DNA from: Bacteroidales bacterium
Lineage (GTDB): Bacteria; Bacteroidota; Bacteroidia; Bacteroidales; UBA12481
Direction of reading: 5' to 3'
Length of the DNA stretch: 64,000 bases
NCBI GenBank assembly: GCA_041662065.1
Contig: JBAZTE010000004.1
Coordinates: 2,155-66,154 of the forward strand
Positions 1 through 10,642 of this stretch are shown here, one piece after another. How positions within the stretch are numbered: position 1 is the stretch's first letter; the number at the start of each line of letters is the position of its first letter. Below the pieces are notes generated by a model, which worked only from the letters and a program-made list of their open reading frames with translations, was not told the DNA's origin and did no database searches. The position numbers and the translations under genes were made by a program.

Positions 1-280
1 CTTCGGTGAGATTGAATTCAGCTTTATTTACGACGGCTTTTTTCTTCATCCATAACTCGATGTAGGATTTTACCAGCCGGATGCTGTCTTCAGGAGTGGT
101 TCCTGGTGGTATCAGCCCCAGGATATCGCTTCTGTACAGATAGTTGCCATAAGCACGGGCAATGGGTGACCCCACTTTCCGTTTTGTCGACGGTCCGCAG
201 GAAACAAAGGCCGGTAAAAGAATGACCAGCAGAAGAAAAAAAACCGGCCGGATATTAAATTTTAATTTTGGATAACGCAT
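1..280 (-). CDS. SurA-N/PpiD-like periplasmic chaperone lipoprotein, N-terminal part only (the gene runs off the window start)
   Basis: Absent from the ORF track because it is truncated by the window edge. The reverse-strand ATG at 280..278 gives MRYPKLKFNIRPVFFLLLVILLPAFVSCGPSTKRKVGSPIARAYGNYLYRSDILGLIPPGTTPEDSIRLVKSYIELWMKKKAVVNKAEFNLTE, which stays open to position 1. It has a lipobox (FVSC) and overlaps the 3' end of the upstream PPIase gene by 26 nt. Confidence 0.5.
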   Translation of the reverse strand, partial: MRYPKLKFNIRPVFFLLLVILLPAFVSCGPSTKRKVGSPIARAYGNYLYRSDILGLIPPGTTPEDSIRLVKSYIELWMKKKAVVNKAEFNLTE

Positions 281-2240
281 CCTGATTGATTTTAACCGGA
301 TATTTCTCTCGTAATACTTTTATCCAATCTTTTTCGAGTTTATCCTGGTAGTCTGCAGTTACCTGACCGCGGATATCATCCAGTTTCTTTGGTCTGGGAT
401 CAATGACCTTATTCATCAGCACGAAAATTTTCGTGTCCTTTTCATTAATAATATCCGAGGTGCCCGGCTTCCACTTTAACTGATCAACGATCCAGTTGTC
501 ACCTTTGGCAAACAATTTATCCTCAACTTCGAAACTGTTACCAGAGTATCGTGTAACGACCTCGGCAAGTGTGTTCTGCACTGTCACGCCGTCGCAGCCG
601 TCCTTACATTTTTTCTGCAGGGTCGACCGGCATTCTTCCGCCATTTTCTGAAGGTTATTTTCACCTTTTACAAATACGATAACGGCATCCAGTCTCTGTG
701 GCCACATGTATTTCGATTGATTGACAGTGAAATAGGCGGTTAGTCCACTGGTGTCGCGTGAGGCTTTTGACCAGACCATCCGGTCGGTTATTTCGAAAAG
801 GAGATTTCCATCCCGGAATTCATGGTACAGATCCCGGAATTCAGGATATTTCATTTCAAGCTGGGATTTTTCGTATTCCAGAATCCTGGTTTTAGAAAAA
901 TCAGCGAATTTCTCATCAACAAATTCGGCAATGGTCCTGACTGTTCCTTTTCTCATGCCCAAAGCCAGATATTTAGCGAATTCATTCTGCAAAACCGTAA
1001 GGTTGCCCAGGGTGAAAAGCACTCCATTCTTTTGCAGGGCCGGGTTGGCATTCCATTTGGCTTCAAAAATCGAGGGATCAACCAAACGATAGAATTCCTC
1101 CAGGTTATCTTTATTCAGTTTGTAGTTGTATTCCTTCTTAAGCTTTTCAACAACAACCTGTTCGCTTTTCTGTGAGCGTGCATCCCTTGCGATCTGGTTT
1201 GATAAAAAGGATTTTGCTTCTTCCCAGGTATCCTGTCCCTTTTTATCGAGGAGCCTGATAATGAACCAGCCTAAAGTTGTTTCAACCGGTTCGGTAATAT
1301 CACCGGGATTTTTCAGGCTATAGGCAGCCTGGTCAAAAGCGGGTTCTTTCTGGTTGGGTCCGATCCAGAAACCGGCATCCCCCCTGGTGGCCATTGCGCG
1401 GTCATCTGAGTATTTCCTGGCGAGATCGTTGAAATCGGCTCCGGATTTAAGCTGAAGATAAATGTTGTTGATCTCCTCTTTGGTCTTGGCCTTTTCCTCA
1501 TCGGTCATCGTATAATTGAAAGCCTTCCAGATTGTGGCAATCTGAATTTTACCGCGGGCAGGCTTCTTGTCCGTTACGCGGATGATATGATAACCGAACT
1601 GGGTGCGGACCGGCATCGACAGTTCGCCGATCTTCATGGTGAAAATGGCGTTTTCAAATGGATAAACTACATTAAGGACAGGCATATAGCCTATATCGCC
1701 CCCATTGGTGGCTGCCGAAACATCATCACTGACTTCCTTGGCAACCTCTTCAAATTTTTCCCCTTTGATCAACCGGTCACGAATAGCCATCGCTTTTCTG
1801 AAGGCAAGTAGGGTGTCCCCTGCGGGGGCATCCTGTTTAACACCGATCAGGATATGACTGGCGCGGACTTCCCATTTGCTGCGTTCATACGCTTCCTTGA
1901 TCAGCTCATCAGTCACCTCCTGGTCCATCAGGTAAGGCTTCGACAACTGTTCCCGGTTGCTGGCCAATTCCTTTTTAAATGAACTGGTTGTGTCAAGACC
2001 TTGGTCTTCAGCTTCCCTGACCTTCAGCTTAAAATTGATAAACATGTCGAGGGACTCCTGAAGAGTGGCCTTTTGACCTGTCAGGTTATTTTTGTTTTTA
2101 TTCAGGATCCGGGTAAACTCGCTGGAATATACCGGCTTATCGCCGATGGTCATCAAAACGGTTTCCTGGCCAACAACTGCTAAAGCGGGCAGCAGCAACA
2201 TTACTGCAAATAGGCTTTTTAGGCAAGAACTGTACTTCAT
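255..2240 (-). CDS. PpiC/parvulin-type peptidyl-prolyl cis-trans isomerase (PpiD/SurA-like periplasmic chaperone)
   Basis: 661-aa ORF with a signal peptide (MKYSSCLKSLFAVMLLLPALAVVG) and parvulin signatures (VRASHILI ... FGYHIIRV). Confidence 0.8.
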   Translation of the reverse strand: MKYSSCLKSLFAVMLLLPALAVVGQETVLMTIGDKPVYSSEFTRILNKNKNNLTGQKATLQESLDMFINFKLKVREAEDQGLDTTSSFKKELASNREQLSKPYLMDQEVTDELIKEAYERSKWEVRASHILIGVKQDAPAGDTLLAFRKAMAIRDRLIKGEKFEEVAKEVSDDVSAATNGGDIGYMPVLNVVYPFENAIFTMKIGELSMPVRTQFGYHIIRVTDKKPARGKIQIATIWKAFNYTMTDEEKAKTKEEINNIYLQLKSGADFNDLARKYSDDRAMATRGDAGFWIGPNQKEPAFDQAAYSLKNPGDITEPVETTLGWFIIRLLDKKGQDTWEEAKSFLSNQIARDARSQKSEQVVVEKLKKEYNYKLNKDNLEEFYRLVDPSIFEAKWNANPALQKNGVLFTLGNLTVLQNEFAKYLALGMRKGTVRTIAEFVDEKFADFSKTRILEYEKSQLEMKYPEFRDLYHEFRDGNLLFEITDRMVWSKASRDTSGLTAYFTVNQSKYMWPQRLDAVIVFVKGENNLQKMAEECRSTLQKKCKDGCDGVTVQNTLAEVVTRYSGNSFEVEDKLFAKGDNWIVDQLKWKPGTSDIINEKDTKIFVLMNKVIDPRPKKLDDIRGQVTADYQDKLEKDWIKVLREKYPVKINQDALSKIKI

Positions 2241-2305
2241 AATTAATTACTGGTTTATAATATACACCTGTATAGAACGATTTAAGGGTTCATTTGGTAT
2301 GGGAA

Positions 2306-3781
2306 TCAGGCTTCCCTCGAATAATTCGGTGATTCCCTGGTTATGGTCACATCATGGGGATGGCTCTCTACAATGCCACTGTTTGTTATCCTCACAAATT
2401 TGGCTTGCTGGAGTTCCTTGATATTACTTGCACCGCAATAGAACATACCGGCCTTCAATCCGCCCACCATCTGATAGATTACCTCGTTAAGGGTGCCTTT
2501 GTATGGGACGCGGGCCGCAATTCCTTCCGGCACCAGTTTCTTGATTTCTTCCTCAACATCCTGAAAATAACGGTCTTTGGAGCCCTGATTCATGGCTTCA
2601 ATAGATCCCATCCCCCGATAGGATTTGAATTTACGGCCTTGATAGATAATGGTTTCACCGGGAGATTCCTCGGTTCCGGCAAACAGCGATCCGGTCATGA
2701 CTGAATCGGCGCCCGCGGCGAGTGCTTTGACAATATCTCCCGAATACCGGATTCCGCCGTCGGCGATTACCGGGATATTTTCATTCCGTAATGCCTTGGC
2801 TACCTCATAAATGGCACTTAATTGAGGGATTCCGACACCGGCAATTACCCGGGTCGTGCAAATTGAACCCGGACCTATCCCCACCTTGACAGCTGCAGCA
2901 CCCGCTCTCATTAGCGCTTTAGCCGCATCACCGGTACCGATATTACCGGCGATAAATTCGAAATCCGGGAAAATGGCCTTGGCTTTTTTCAGGATTTCGA
3001 TGACTCGACTGGTATATCCGTGGGCTGTATCGATCACAATGGCATCGACACCGGCGCCCACGAGTGCGGTGATCCGTTCAAGCGTGTTACCGGCGATACC
3101 AACAGCGGCGGCCACCCGTAACCTTCCCCGTTCATCTTTGCATGCGTTTGGACGGTCCTTGGTGATTGTCAGGTCTTTATAGGTTAAAAGGCCGATCAGC
3201 TTGTAATTCTTATCTACAACAGGAAGTTTTTCTATCTTATTTTTCTGAAGGATATCGGCTGCAGTATCCAGATTTGCCGAGGCGGAAGTGGTAATCAGGT
3301 TTTCGGTTGTCATGACCTCGGAGATCAGACGGCTGCCTTCTTTTTCAAATCGAAGGTCGCGATTCGTCACGATACCTACTAAAATATGCTGATCATTCAC
3401 CACAGGTATTCCGCCAATCTTGAATTCTGTCATCAGGTGGCGGGCATCACCAACGGTTTGTTCGGGATGAATGGTAACCGGGTCCATGATCATGCCGTTT
3501 TCTGCCCGTTTCACTGATACAACCTGGCGGGCCTGTTCTTCAATGGTCATATTTTTGTGAATAACCCCGATTCCTCCTTCACGTGCTATTGCCATTGCTG
3601 TAGCAGCTTCGGTGACGGTATCCATGGCGGCCGATACAATCGGTGCATTCAACATAATTCGTTGCGAAAACCGGGTGGTTACGTCCACTTCACGGGGCAT
3701 AACTTCTGAGTAAGACGGTATTAACAATACATCGTCAAAGGTCAAACCTTCATATTCAACTTTATCTGAAACAAATGACAT
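2306..3781 (-). CDS. guaB: IMP dehydrogenase
   Basis: 491 aa. N-terminus [25 protein letters not shown], an inserted CBS pair, and the catalytic Cys loop [21 protein letters not shown]. Confidence 0.95.
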   Translation of the reverse strand: MSFVSDKVEYEGLTFDDVLLIPSYSEVMPREVDVTTRFSQRIMLNAPIVSAAMDTVTEAATAMAIAREGGIGVIHKNMTIEEQARQVVSVKRAENGMIMDPVTIHPEQTVGDARHLMTEFKIGGIPVVNDQHILVGIVTNRDLRFEKEGSRLISEVMTTENLITTSASANLDTAADILQKNKIEKLPVVDKNYKLIGLLTYKDLTITKDRPNACKDERGRLRVAAAVGIAGNTLERITALVGAGVDAIVIDTAHGYTSRVIEILKKAKAIFPDFEFIAGNIGTGDAAKALMRAGAAAVKVGIGPGSICTTRVIAGVGIPQLSAIYEVAKALRNENIPVIADGGIRYSGDIVKALAAGADSVMTGSLFAGTEESPGETIIYQGRKFKSYRGMGSIEAMNQGSKDRYFQDVEEEIKKLVPEGIAARVPYKGTLNEVIYQMVGGLKAGMFYCGASNIKELQQAKFVRITNSGIVESHPHDVTITRESPNYSREA

Positions 3782-3785
3782 ACCG

Positions 3786-5747
3786 GTGTTTTTATGTTCT
3801 GCTAAATTTGTGCTAAATTACAATTTTCTTACTGAATTGGAGACCTATCAGAAAATACTGTCGCAGTACTGGGGATACACCGGATTCCGGTCCTTGCAGG
3901 AAGAAATCATCCGTTCAGTGATGCAGGACAAGGATACGCTTGCCCTGATGCCGACAGGAGGCGGTAAATCCATTACTTTTCAGGTTCCAGCCCTTGCACG
4001 CGATGGAATTTGCCTGGTTGTCACTCCACTGATCTCCCTGATGCAGGACCAGGTTGAGAACCTGAAATCCAGAAATATCCATGCAGTCGCGATCCATTCC
4101 GGATTGTCGAAATTTGAACTGGATATTGCCCTGGATAATTGTATCTATGGTGATTACAAATTCCTGTATTTATCACCGGAGCGGCTTTCGACGGATCTTT
4201 TCCTGAAACGGCTTGAAAATATGAAAGTTAACCTCATCGCCGTTGATGAGGCGCATTGTATTTCACAGTGGGGTTACGATTTTCGCCCCTCCTACCTGCA
4301 GATTGCCAAAATCCGCGAGTACCTTCCCGGAATACCGGTGCTGGCCCTCACGGCCACTGCCACTCCAACGGTTGCCGATGACATACAGGTGAAACTTCTG
4401 TTTAAGGAGAAGAATACGATCAGGCAGACCTTTGAACGAAAGAACCTGATTTACCTGGTTAGAAAAACCGAAGACAAGATCACCTATTTAATCAGAATAC
4501 TGAATAAACAGAAAGGATGCGGAATCATCTATGTCAGGAACCGGAAAAAAACGCGTGAAATAGCCGACCACCTTACAAAACAAGGTATTTCTGCCCGGTT
4601 CTATCATGCCGGTCTCGATCAGAAAGACCGGAAGTTACGACAGGAGGAGTGGACCAAAGGTAAGGTCAGGATAATGGTGGCAACCAATGCTTTCGGAATG
4701 GGAATCGATAAACCGGATGTCAGGACGGTGATCCATATGGATCTCCCGGATTCACCCGAAGCCTATTTTCAGGAAGCGGGCAGGGCAGGGCGTGATGGCA
4801 AGAAATCCTATGCTGTATTGCTTTACCAGCCTGCTGATAAACTATCAATTGAGAAAAGTCATCAGGTCCGGTTCCCTGATATCGAGCTGATTCGTAAGAT
4901 ATACCAAGCCCTGGGTAACTATTTCGAGGTAGTACCGGGTGCCGGGAAGAACCAGGTGTTTGATTTCGACCTGATGGATTTCTGTTCGAAGTTTTCTTTT
5001 CATTCCCTGGTGGTTTATCATGCCCTCAAACATCTTGAAAGGGCCGGCTACCTTGAGTTGACCGAAGATATCGATTTGCCTGCACGCGTTCATTTCAGGG
5101 TCGACCGGGATGAACTATATAAATTCCAGGTGGTGAACGAAGGGTTTGACGGGGTGATCAAGCTACTCCTGCGGGTTTATTCCGGGATGTTTTCCGATTT
5201 CGTGAGGATTGATGAGTATAACCTTGCTGCCAAGGCAAAAGTGCCGGTGCAGACGATAGTCAATGTTCTGTCCACGCTCAGCAACATGGGCATTATATAT
5301 TATATCAAACCTAAAAAGACCCCCCAGATCATTTTTACCGCTGAGCGGCTGACAGATAAATCACTGCTTTTCCCAAGAAAAGATTATCAGGAGCAGGAAT
5401 CCTTGACCCGGATGCGGATCGATACGATGATCCATTATGCAACTGAGGATCATCGCTGCCGGAGTCAGATGCTCCTGATGTATTTTGGCGAAATGGACCC
5501 GTTCCGTTGCGGACAGTGCGATGTTTGCATGGAAAGTGAAGATAAACCCCTTAACCGGTACGATCAGGATCTGATCGCCGGACAGATCCGGGAAATCGTT
5601 CAATCCGGACCGGTGACGGTACAGGAGTTACAGGTTAAAATAGCCGATGATCCGGGCAAAATTGCCCGTGTTCTTGACGATATGTTTGAGCGAAAATGGA
5701 TAGGCTGGTCAGATGGATTCCTGAAATGGATGGGTGAAGAAGAATAA
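3786..5747 (+). CDS. recQ: RecQ-family ATP-dependent DNA helicase (the true start is probably the in-frame TTG at 3837)
   Basis: Walker A MPTGGGKS, DEAH box VDEAHCISQWGYDFRPSY, TNAFGMGIDKPDVR, QEAGRAGRDG and a Zn-binding CRSQ...CGQCDVC. The GTG at 3786 lies only 4 nt from the guaB start, and a TAAATTTG promoter box lies inside the extension. Confidence 0.9.
   Translation: MFLCSAKFVLNYNFLTELETYQKILSQYWGYTGFRSLQEEIIRSVMQDKDTLALMPTGGGKSITFQVPALARDGICLVVTPLISLMQDQVENLKSRNIHAVAIHSGLSKFELDIALDNCIYGDYKFLYLSPERLSTDLFLKRLENMKVNLIAVDEAHCISQWGYDFRPSYLQIAKIREYLPGIPVLALTATATPTVADDIQVKLLFKEKNTIRQTFERKNLIYLVRKTEDKITYLIRILNKQKGCGIIYVRNRKKTREIADHLTKQGISARFYHAGLDQKDRKLRQEEWTKGKVRIMVATNAFGMGIDKPDVRTVIHMDLPDSPEAYFQEAGRAGRDGKKSYAVLLYQPADKLSIEKSHQVRFPDIELIRKIYQALGNYFEVVPGAGKNQVFDFDLMDFCSKFSFHSLVVYHALKHLERAGYLELTEDIDLPARVHFRVDRDELYKFQVVNEGFDGVIKLLLRVYSGMFSDFVRIDEYNLAAKAKVPVQTIVNVLSTLSNMGIIYYIKPKKTPQIIFTAERLTDKSLLFPRKDYQEQESLTRMRIDTMIHYATEDHRCRSQMLLMYFGEMDPFRCGQCDVCMESEDKPLNRYDQDLIAGQIREIVQSGPVTVQELQVKIADDPGKIARVLDDMFERKWIGWSDGFLKWMGEEE
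3803..3810 (+). promoter_or_regulatory. Bacteroidota -7 promoter box (TAnnTTTG) upstream of recQ
   Basis: TAAATTTG lies 27 nt upstream of the in-frame TTG at 3837. This is a motif match only. Confidence 0.35.
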
Positions 5748-6369
5748 AACGGATATATTTGGACCGGAAAACCATGATCATTTAATGAACTTCGCGAGTC
5801 ATATCGAGCATGATGAATTGAACCTGCTGCCACTGAAGAGCTTTCAGGGAACCATTCATGTAATCAACACTGCGGATGAGGCTGCTGAAGCCATCCGTAG
5901 ATTGTCCCAAGCTGATACCGTCGGTTTTGATACCGAAACCAAACCCACTTTTAAGAAGGGAAAGCTGAATCCGGTTTCTTTATTACAACTTGCCACCCGT
6001 TCCGAAGCCTTTCTGTTCAGGATGCATAAACTTGGGTTTTATGAGGGTCTGGGTCAATTGCTGACCACGGATCGGCCTCTGAAAATCGGGGCTGCCATCC
6101 ATGAAGACATTCGTGCCATAAAATCTGTATACCCCAATAATACCAAAGGCTTCATCGATTTACAGGATGTTGTCAAGAATTACGGAATTGAGAATATCGG
6201 GGTAAAAAAGATGGCAGCCATAGTTCTTGGATTCAGGATTTCAAAATCACAGCAATTGTCGAATTGGGAAGCTGACACTCTCACAGAGGCGCAGATGGTA
6301 TATGCCGCCACTGATGCCTGGGTATCTCTCGAAATCTATCTGAAGTTAATTCAAAATAACCTCCCATGA
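5734..6369 (+). CDS. DEDDy-type 3'-5' exonuclease (RNase D / WRN-exonuclease-like domain protein)
   Basis: Exo motifs VGFDTETKP (DxE), AAIHEDIRAI and YAATDAW (Yx3D). The gene overlaps recQ by 14 nt. Confidence 0.75.
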   Translation: MKKNKTDIFGPENHDHLMNFASHIEHDELNLLPLKSFQGTIHVINTADEAAEAIRRLSQADTVGFDTETKPTFKKGKLNPVSLLQLATRSEAFLFRMHKLGFYEGLGQLLTTDRPLKIGAAIHEDIRAIKSVYPNNTKGFIDLQDVVKNYGIENIGVKKMAAIVLGFRISKSQQLSNWEADTLTEAQMVYAATDAWVSLEIYLKLIQNNLP

Positions 6370-8495
6370 TCACGCAGCCGGTTAGTCTTCCTGAGCGTGC
6401 ACAGGAATGGCTCGACAGCTATCTGGCTTCTCTGCCTGAAAATGAGGCCACTCAGATTAAGGGTAAAATCTCAGAGTTGGTTCCGATCATATTGAATGAA
6501 CTGGGTCTGGGTGATATGTCATATTCAGCCTGCCTCCTCACCCTTCCCTTTAATAATGGATGGTTAAGTCCGGCCCGCGTCACCGAAAATTTCAATCCCA
6601 CCCTGCTGAATATTCTCGAGGGATTGAAAAAGATAGAAAGACTGAACACCAGCCGGACAAAAATTCATGCCGACAAGTTTATTCAGCTGCTTTTGAGCAT
6701 ATCTGATGATGTCAGGGTGATCCTCATTAAAACAGGGGAACGGCTGCAGGAAATCCGCTCCATCTGCAACCTTCCTGAAGAAGCCCGGATAAAGCTGGCC
6801 CATGATGCGGGCGATCTTTTCGCACCTATTGCTCACCGGCTTGGACTTTACCTGATAAAGAATGAGTTTGAAGAAGCATCCATGAGGTATCTCCTGCCGG
6901 ATATTTATCGTGATATTTCACGCAAACTTGAAGAGACCCGGTCCAACCGCGATGAGTATATCAGCCGGTTCATCAGCCCGTTGACCCGGGGACTTCAGTC
7001 AAGAGGATATCAGTGTGACATCAAGGGGCGGACAAAATCGATTCCATCCATCTGGCGAAAAATGGTACACCAAACGGTCGAGTTTGATGAAGTTTATGAC
7101 CTCTTTGCCATCCGGATCATCCTGAATAACTCAACCGGCAATGAAAAATCGGACTGCTGGCAGGTATACTCCATAGTGACAGATCTTTATCAGCCTAACC
7201 CCAACCGCCTGCGTGACTGGATATCTTCTCCAAAGCTTAATGGTTACGAATCACTGCATACTACGGTGATCGGTCCCGAAGGCCGTTGGGTGGAAGTTCA
7301 GATCAGGACCAGGAGAATGGATGCCATCGCTGAAAAGGGACATGCTGCCCATTGGCGATATAAAGAAAATAAGGGCGACTCGGAGGGGGTGGAATGGCTT
7401 ACGCAGATACGCGATGCCCTGGAGACCGTTACGGATAGTAGCCGCATGGGTGAGTCGAAGGCAAAGACGGAACTGTACACCGACCAGATCTATATATTCA
7501 CCCCCAAAGGAGACCTGTTGAAATTGACTGCGGGTTCAACAGTTCTTGATTTTGCCTTTGCCGTCCATAGTGATGTTGGCTATCATTGCACCGGGGCAAA
7601 GGTCAACGGACAGATGGTGCCCATCCGGCATAAACTGGTTAATGGTGACCAGGTGGAGGTCAATGTGTCGCTTCAGCAAAAGCCCAAAGCTGATTGGCTG
7701 AACTGGGTCTATACCTCCAAAGCCAAAGCCAGGATCAAACGGTTTCTAAAACAGGCGGACTATCAGGATGCGGACCTGGGAAAGGAAATCCTGACACGCA
7801 AGCTCAGTCAATGGAAGATAAAGTTTGATGTTTCCATCATCCAGAGGATTGTTAACTGGCTGAATCTCAAGGATGCCCTGGAACTATACCAGCAACTTTC
7901 AGAGAATAAAATTGACCTTGCAGCCGTAAAGGATTACCTCAGGGACAAAGCGCCCGCGGAAATGATCAAGGAAAAGCTGACGACAGTGAAAACAATCGAC
8001 AGCTTTGTAAAAACAACTTCACAGTCCCAGGACTACCTGGTGATCGACGATACGCTTGGAAACGTGGATTATAAGCTCGCCAGGTGCTGCAATCCGATCT
8101 TTGGCGATGAGGTGTTTGGTTTTGTAACCGTTAAGGAGGGTACTAAAATCCACCGGGTGAATTGCCCGAACGCGCCACAGATGATCGAACGGTTCCCTTA
8201 CCGGATCGTTAAGGTCCGCTGGACCGATTCTCATGGGACCACCAGCGGTTTCACCGTCAATGTGATGATAACCGGAAAGGATAATATTCTGGTGGTTAAT
8301 GAAATAAGCCGGTTGATCGCCTCTGACCTGAAGGTCAGTATGCGATCCATGAACCTGGTATCAAAAGATGGGCAATTTGAAGGCACCTATACCCTGATCG
8401 TGCAGGACAGGGCGCATCTGGAAACAATAATGAACCGCATCAGACGGACAAAAGGTGTTTTGTCGGTCAGACGATCAGACGAACAAATCTCATGA
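6366..8495 (+). CDS. relA: RelA/SpoT-homologue (p)ppGpp synthetase with an apparently degenerate hydrolase domain, TGS and ACT domains
   Basis: Synthetase motifs DLFAIRIIL, YESLHTTV and EVQIRTRRMDAIAEKGHAAHWRYK, plus a TGS-like IYIFTPKGDLLKLTAGSTVLDFAF. The start is an ATGA overlap with the upstream gene. Confidence 0.9.
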   Translation: MITQPVSLPERAQEWLDSYLASLPENEATQIKGKISELVPIILNELGLGDMSYSACLLTLPFNNGWLSPARVTENFNPTLLNILEGLKKIERLNTSRTKIHADKFIQLLLSISDDVRVILIKTGERLQEIRSICNLPEEARIKLAHDAGDLFAPIAHRLGLYLIKNEFEEASMRYLLPDIYRDISRKLEETRSNRDEYISRFISPLTRGLQSRGYQCDIKGRTKSIPSIWRKMVHQTVEFDEVYDLFAIRIILNNSTGNEKSDCWQVYSIVTDLYQPNPNRLRDWISSPKLNGYESLHTTVIGPEGRWVEVQIRTRRMDAIAEKGHAAHWRYKENKGDSEGVEWLTQIRDALETVTDSSRMGESKAKTELYTDQIYIFTPKGDLLKLTAGSTVLDFAFAVHSDVGYHCTGAKVNGQMVPIRHKLVNGDQVEVNVSLQQKPKADWLNWVYTSKAKARIKRFLKQADYQDADLGKEILTRKLSQWKIKFDVSIIQRIVNWLNLKDALELYQQLSENKIDLAAVKDYLRDKAPAEMIKEKLTTVKTIDSFVKTTSQSQDYLVIDDTLGNVDYKLARCCNPIFGDEVFGFVTVKEGTKIHRVNCPNAPQMIERFPYRIVKVRWTDSHGTTSGFTVNVMITGKDNILVVNEISRLIASDLKVSMRSMNLVSKDGQFEGTYTLIVQDRAHLETIMNRIRRTKGVLSVRRSDEQIS

Positions 8496-10642
8496 ACGAC
8501 AACCACGTAAAAATCATTTCTGCAAGTCTCCGCATCGTGGACTGGCAAGTCAGGAATACCCTGCATCTGTTTGAAGAAGGAGCAACCATACCGTTCATCA
8601 GCCGTTACCGGAAGGAGAAAACCGGAAGCCTTGACGAAGTAGCCCTGATGAACATCAGGAAACAGTCGGAAAAGCTCATTGAAATGGATGAACGACGCAC
8701 CACCATTCTCGAAACCATAGCAGCACAGGGACTGCTCACACCGGAATTGGAGCAGAAGATCCGGCAGGCCCAAACGATGACAGAACTGGATGATCTGTAC
8801 CTTCCCTATAAACCGAAGAAGAAAACCCGCGGAACCAAAGCCAAAGAGAAAGGGCTTGAGCCTCTTGCCAACCTGATCATGGCCCAGCGCGACGGGGATC
8901 CCCTGTTGCTTGCAGAGAAATTTCTGAACGACCTGGTGGCAAGCAGGGAGGAAGCTTTGGATGGTGCCCGGGATATTATCTGTGAGTGGATCAATGAGGA
9001 TCAGCGGGTTCGAAACGTATTAAGAAATCTTTTTGACCGTGAAGCGTACGTAATTTCCACGGTGGTGAAAAAAAAGGAGGAGGAAGGAGTCAAATTTTCC
9101 GATTATTTTGATTTCTGCGAGCCCCTCCGAAAATGCCCATCCCACAGACTCATGGCACTTTTCAGAGGGGAGTCAGGGGGGTTCTTACGGGTAAGCATCC
9201 AGCCCGATCAGGATTCAGCTTTCGACAGGATCAACGGGATTGTCGTCAGGGGTCATAACCCTAATTCCGAACAGGTGAAAATGGCTGTAAAGGATAGTTA
9301 TAACCGGTTGCTGGAACCCTCTATCGAAACTGAATTCAGGAATATCTATAAAGATAAAGCGGACGAGGAAGCCATAAAGGTTTTCGCGGATAACCTTCAG
9401 CAGCTGCTGCTTATGCCCCCACTCGGAGAAAAAAACATTCTTGCAGTCGATCCCGGATTCAGGTCGGGATGCAAGATTGTTTGTCTCGATAAACAGGGCA
9501 AATTACTGCATAATGAGACGATCTTTCCTCATCCCCCCCAGCGCGAAACATCGGTCGCAGCCAAAAAAATAAAATCCCTGGTCGATGCTTACAAAACGGA
9601 AGCCATCGCCATTGGGAACGGGACAGCCAGTCGTGAAACCGAATATTTCTTCAAAAACTATGTCCGCTTCGACCGGGATGTCGAAGTTTATGTGGTAAGC
9701 GAGAACGGTGCTTCAATTTATTCGGCTTCCGATGTCGCGCGTGAAGAATTTCCTGAATATGATGTAACCGTGAGGGGATCCGTATCCATCGGTCGCCGGT
9801 TGATGGATCCGCTGGCGGAACTGGTCAAGATTGATCCGAAATCCATCGGGGTCGGACAATACCAGCACGATGTTGATCAGAAAAGACTTCAGGAAAGCCT
9901 TGATCATGTTGTGCTTAGTTGCGTCAACCGTGTTGGTGTTCAGGTGAATACCTCAAGCCACCATTTGCTGACGTATGTATCAGGACTTGGACCCTCGCTG
10001 GCAAAAAATATTGCAGCCTATATCAGGGAAAACGGACCTTTCAAAAGCCGCGATGAACTAAAAAAGGTGCCTCGTCTCGGAGCCAGGGCATTTGAACAGT
10101 CGGCGGGATTTCTCAGGATCAGAGGCGCAGAGAATCCCTTGGATGACAGTGCGGTCCATCCCGAATCCTATCCGGTCGTCAGGAAAATGGCTGAAGATAT
10201 CGGCTGCACGGTTGCCGAGCTCATGCACGATCCAGCCAGGCGTGGCATGATCAAACCGGAGAAGTATGTGAGTCCGGAAATTGGAATGCCGACCCTGCTC
10301 GATATTTTAGCAGAGCTCAACAAACCCGGCAGGGATCCGAGGGGTAAGATAAAATTGTTTGAGTTCTCCCAGGAAGTGCAGAAAATTGAAGATGTAAAAC
10401 CCGGGATGATCCTGCCGGGCATCGTGACCAATATAACCCGCTTCGGGGCTTTTATTGATATCGGAGTCAAGCAGGATGGGTTGGTTCATGTTTCACAAAT
10501 GGCGGATAAGTACATTACCGATCCGGCTGAAGTGGTCAAGCTTCATCAGCATGTTAAAGTCAAAGTCCTTGAATGTGATGTGGTCAGAAAGAGGATCCAA
10601 CTCACCATGAAGGGATTAAACAGCGGAGATCAGACCGGGTAA
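8492..10642 (+). CDS. tex: Tex-family transcription accessory protein (S1 RNA-binding domain)
   Basis: IPFISRYRKEKTGSLDE, a YqgF-like ILAVDPGFRSGCKI, and a C-terminal S1 domain GIVTNITRFGAFIDIGVKQDGLVHVSQM. The start is an ATGA overlap with relA. Confidence 0.9.
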   Translation: MNDNHVKIISASLRIVDWQVRNTLHLFEEGATIPFISRYRKEKTGSLDEVALMNIRKQSEKLIEMDERRTTILETIAAQGLLTPELEQKIRQAQTMTELDDLYLPYKPKKKTRGTKAKEKGLEPLANLIMAQRDGDPLLLAEKFLNDLVASREEALDGARDIICEWINEDQRVRNVLRNLFDREAYVISTVVKKKEEEGVKFSDYFDFCEPLRKCPSHRLMALFRGESGGFLRVSIQPDQDSAFDRINGIVVRGHNPNSEQVKMAVKDSYNRLLEPSIETEFRNIYKDKADEEAIKVFADNLQQLLLMPPLGEKNILAVDPGFRSGCKIVCLDKQGKLLHNETIFPHPPQRETSVAAKKIKSLVDAYKTEAIAIGNGTASRETEYFFKNYVRFDRDVEVYVVSENGASIYSASDVAREEFPEYDVTVRGSVSIGRRLMDPLAELVKIDPKSIGVGQYQHDVDQKRLQESLDHVVLSCVNRVGVQVNTSSHHLLTYVSGLGPSLAKNIAAYIRENGPFKSRDELKKVPRLGARAFEQSAGFLRIRGAENPLDDSAVHPESYPVVRKMAEDIGCTVAELMHDPARRGMIKPEKYVSPEIGMPTLLDILAELNKPGRDPRGKIKLFEFSQEVQKIEDVKPGMILPGIVTNITRFGAFIDIGVKQDGLVHVSQMADKYITDPAEVVKLHQHVKVKVLECDVVRKRIQLTMKGLNSGDQTG

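Noticed and set aside
8387-8773. A 128-aa minus-strand ORF spanning the relA/tex junction.
   Set aside because: It lies antisense to two well-supported, translationally coupled genes and has no motif support.
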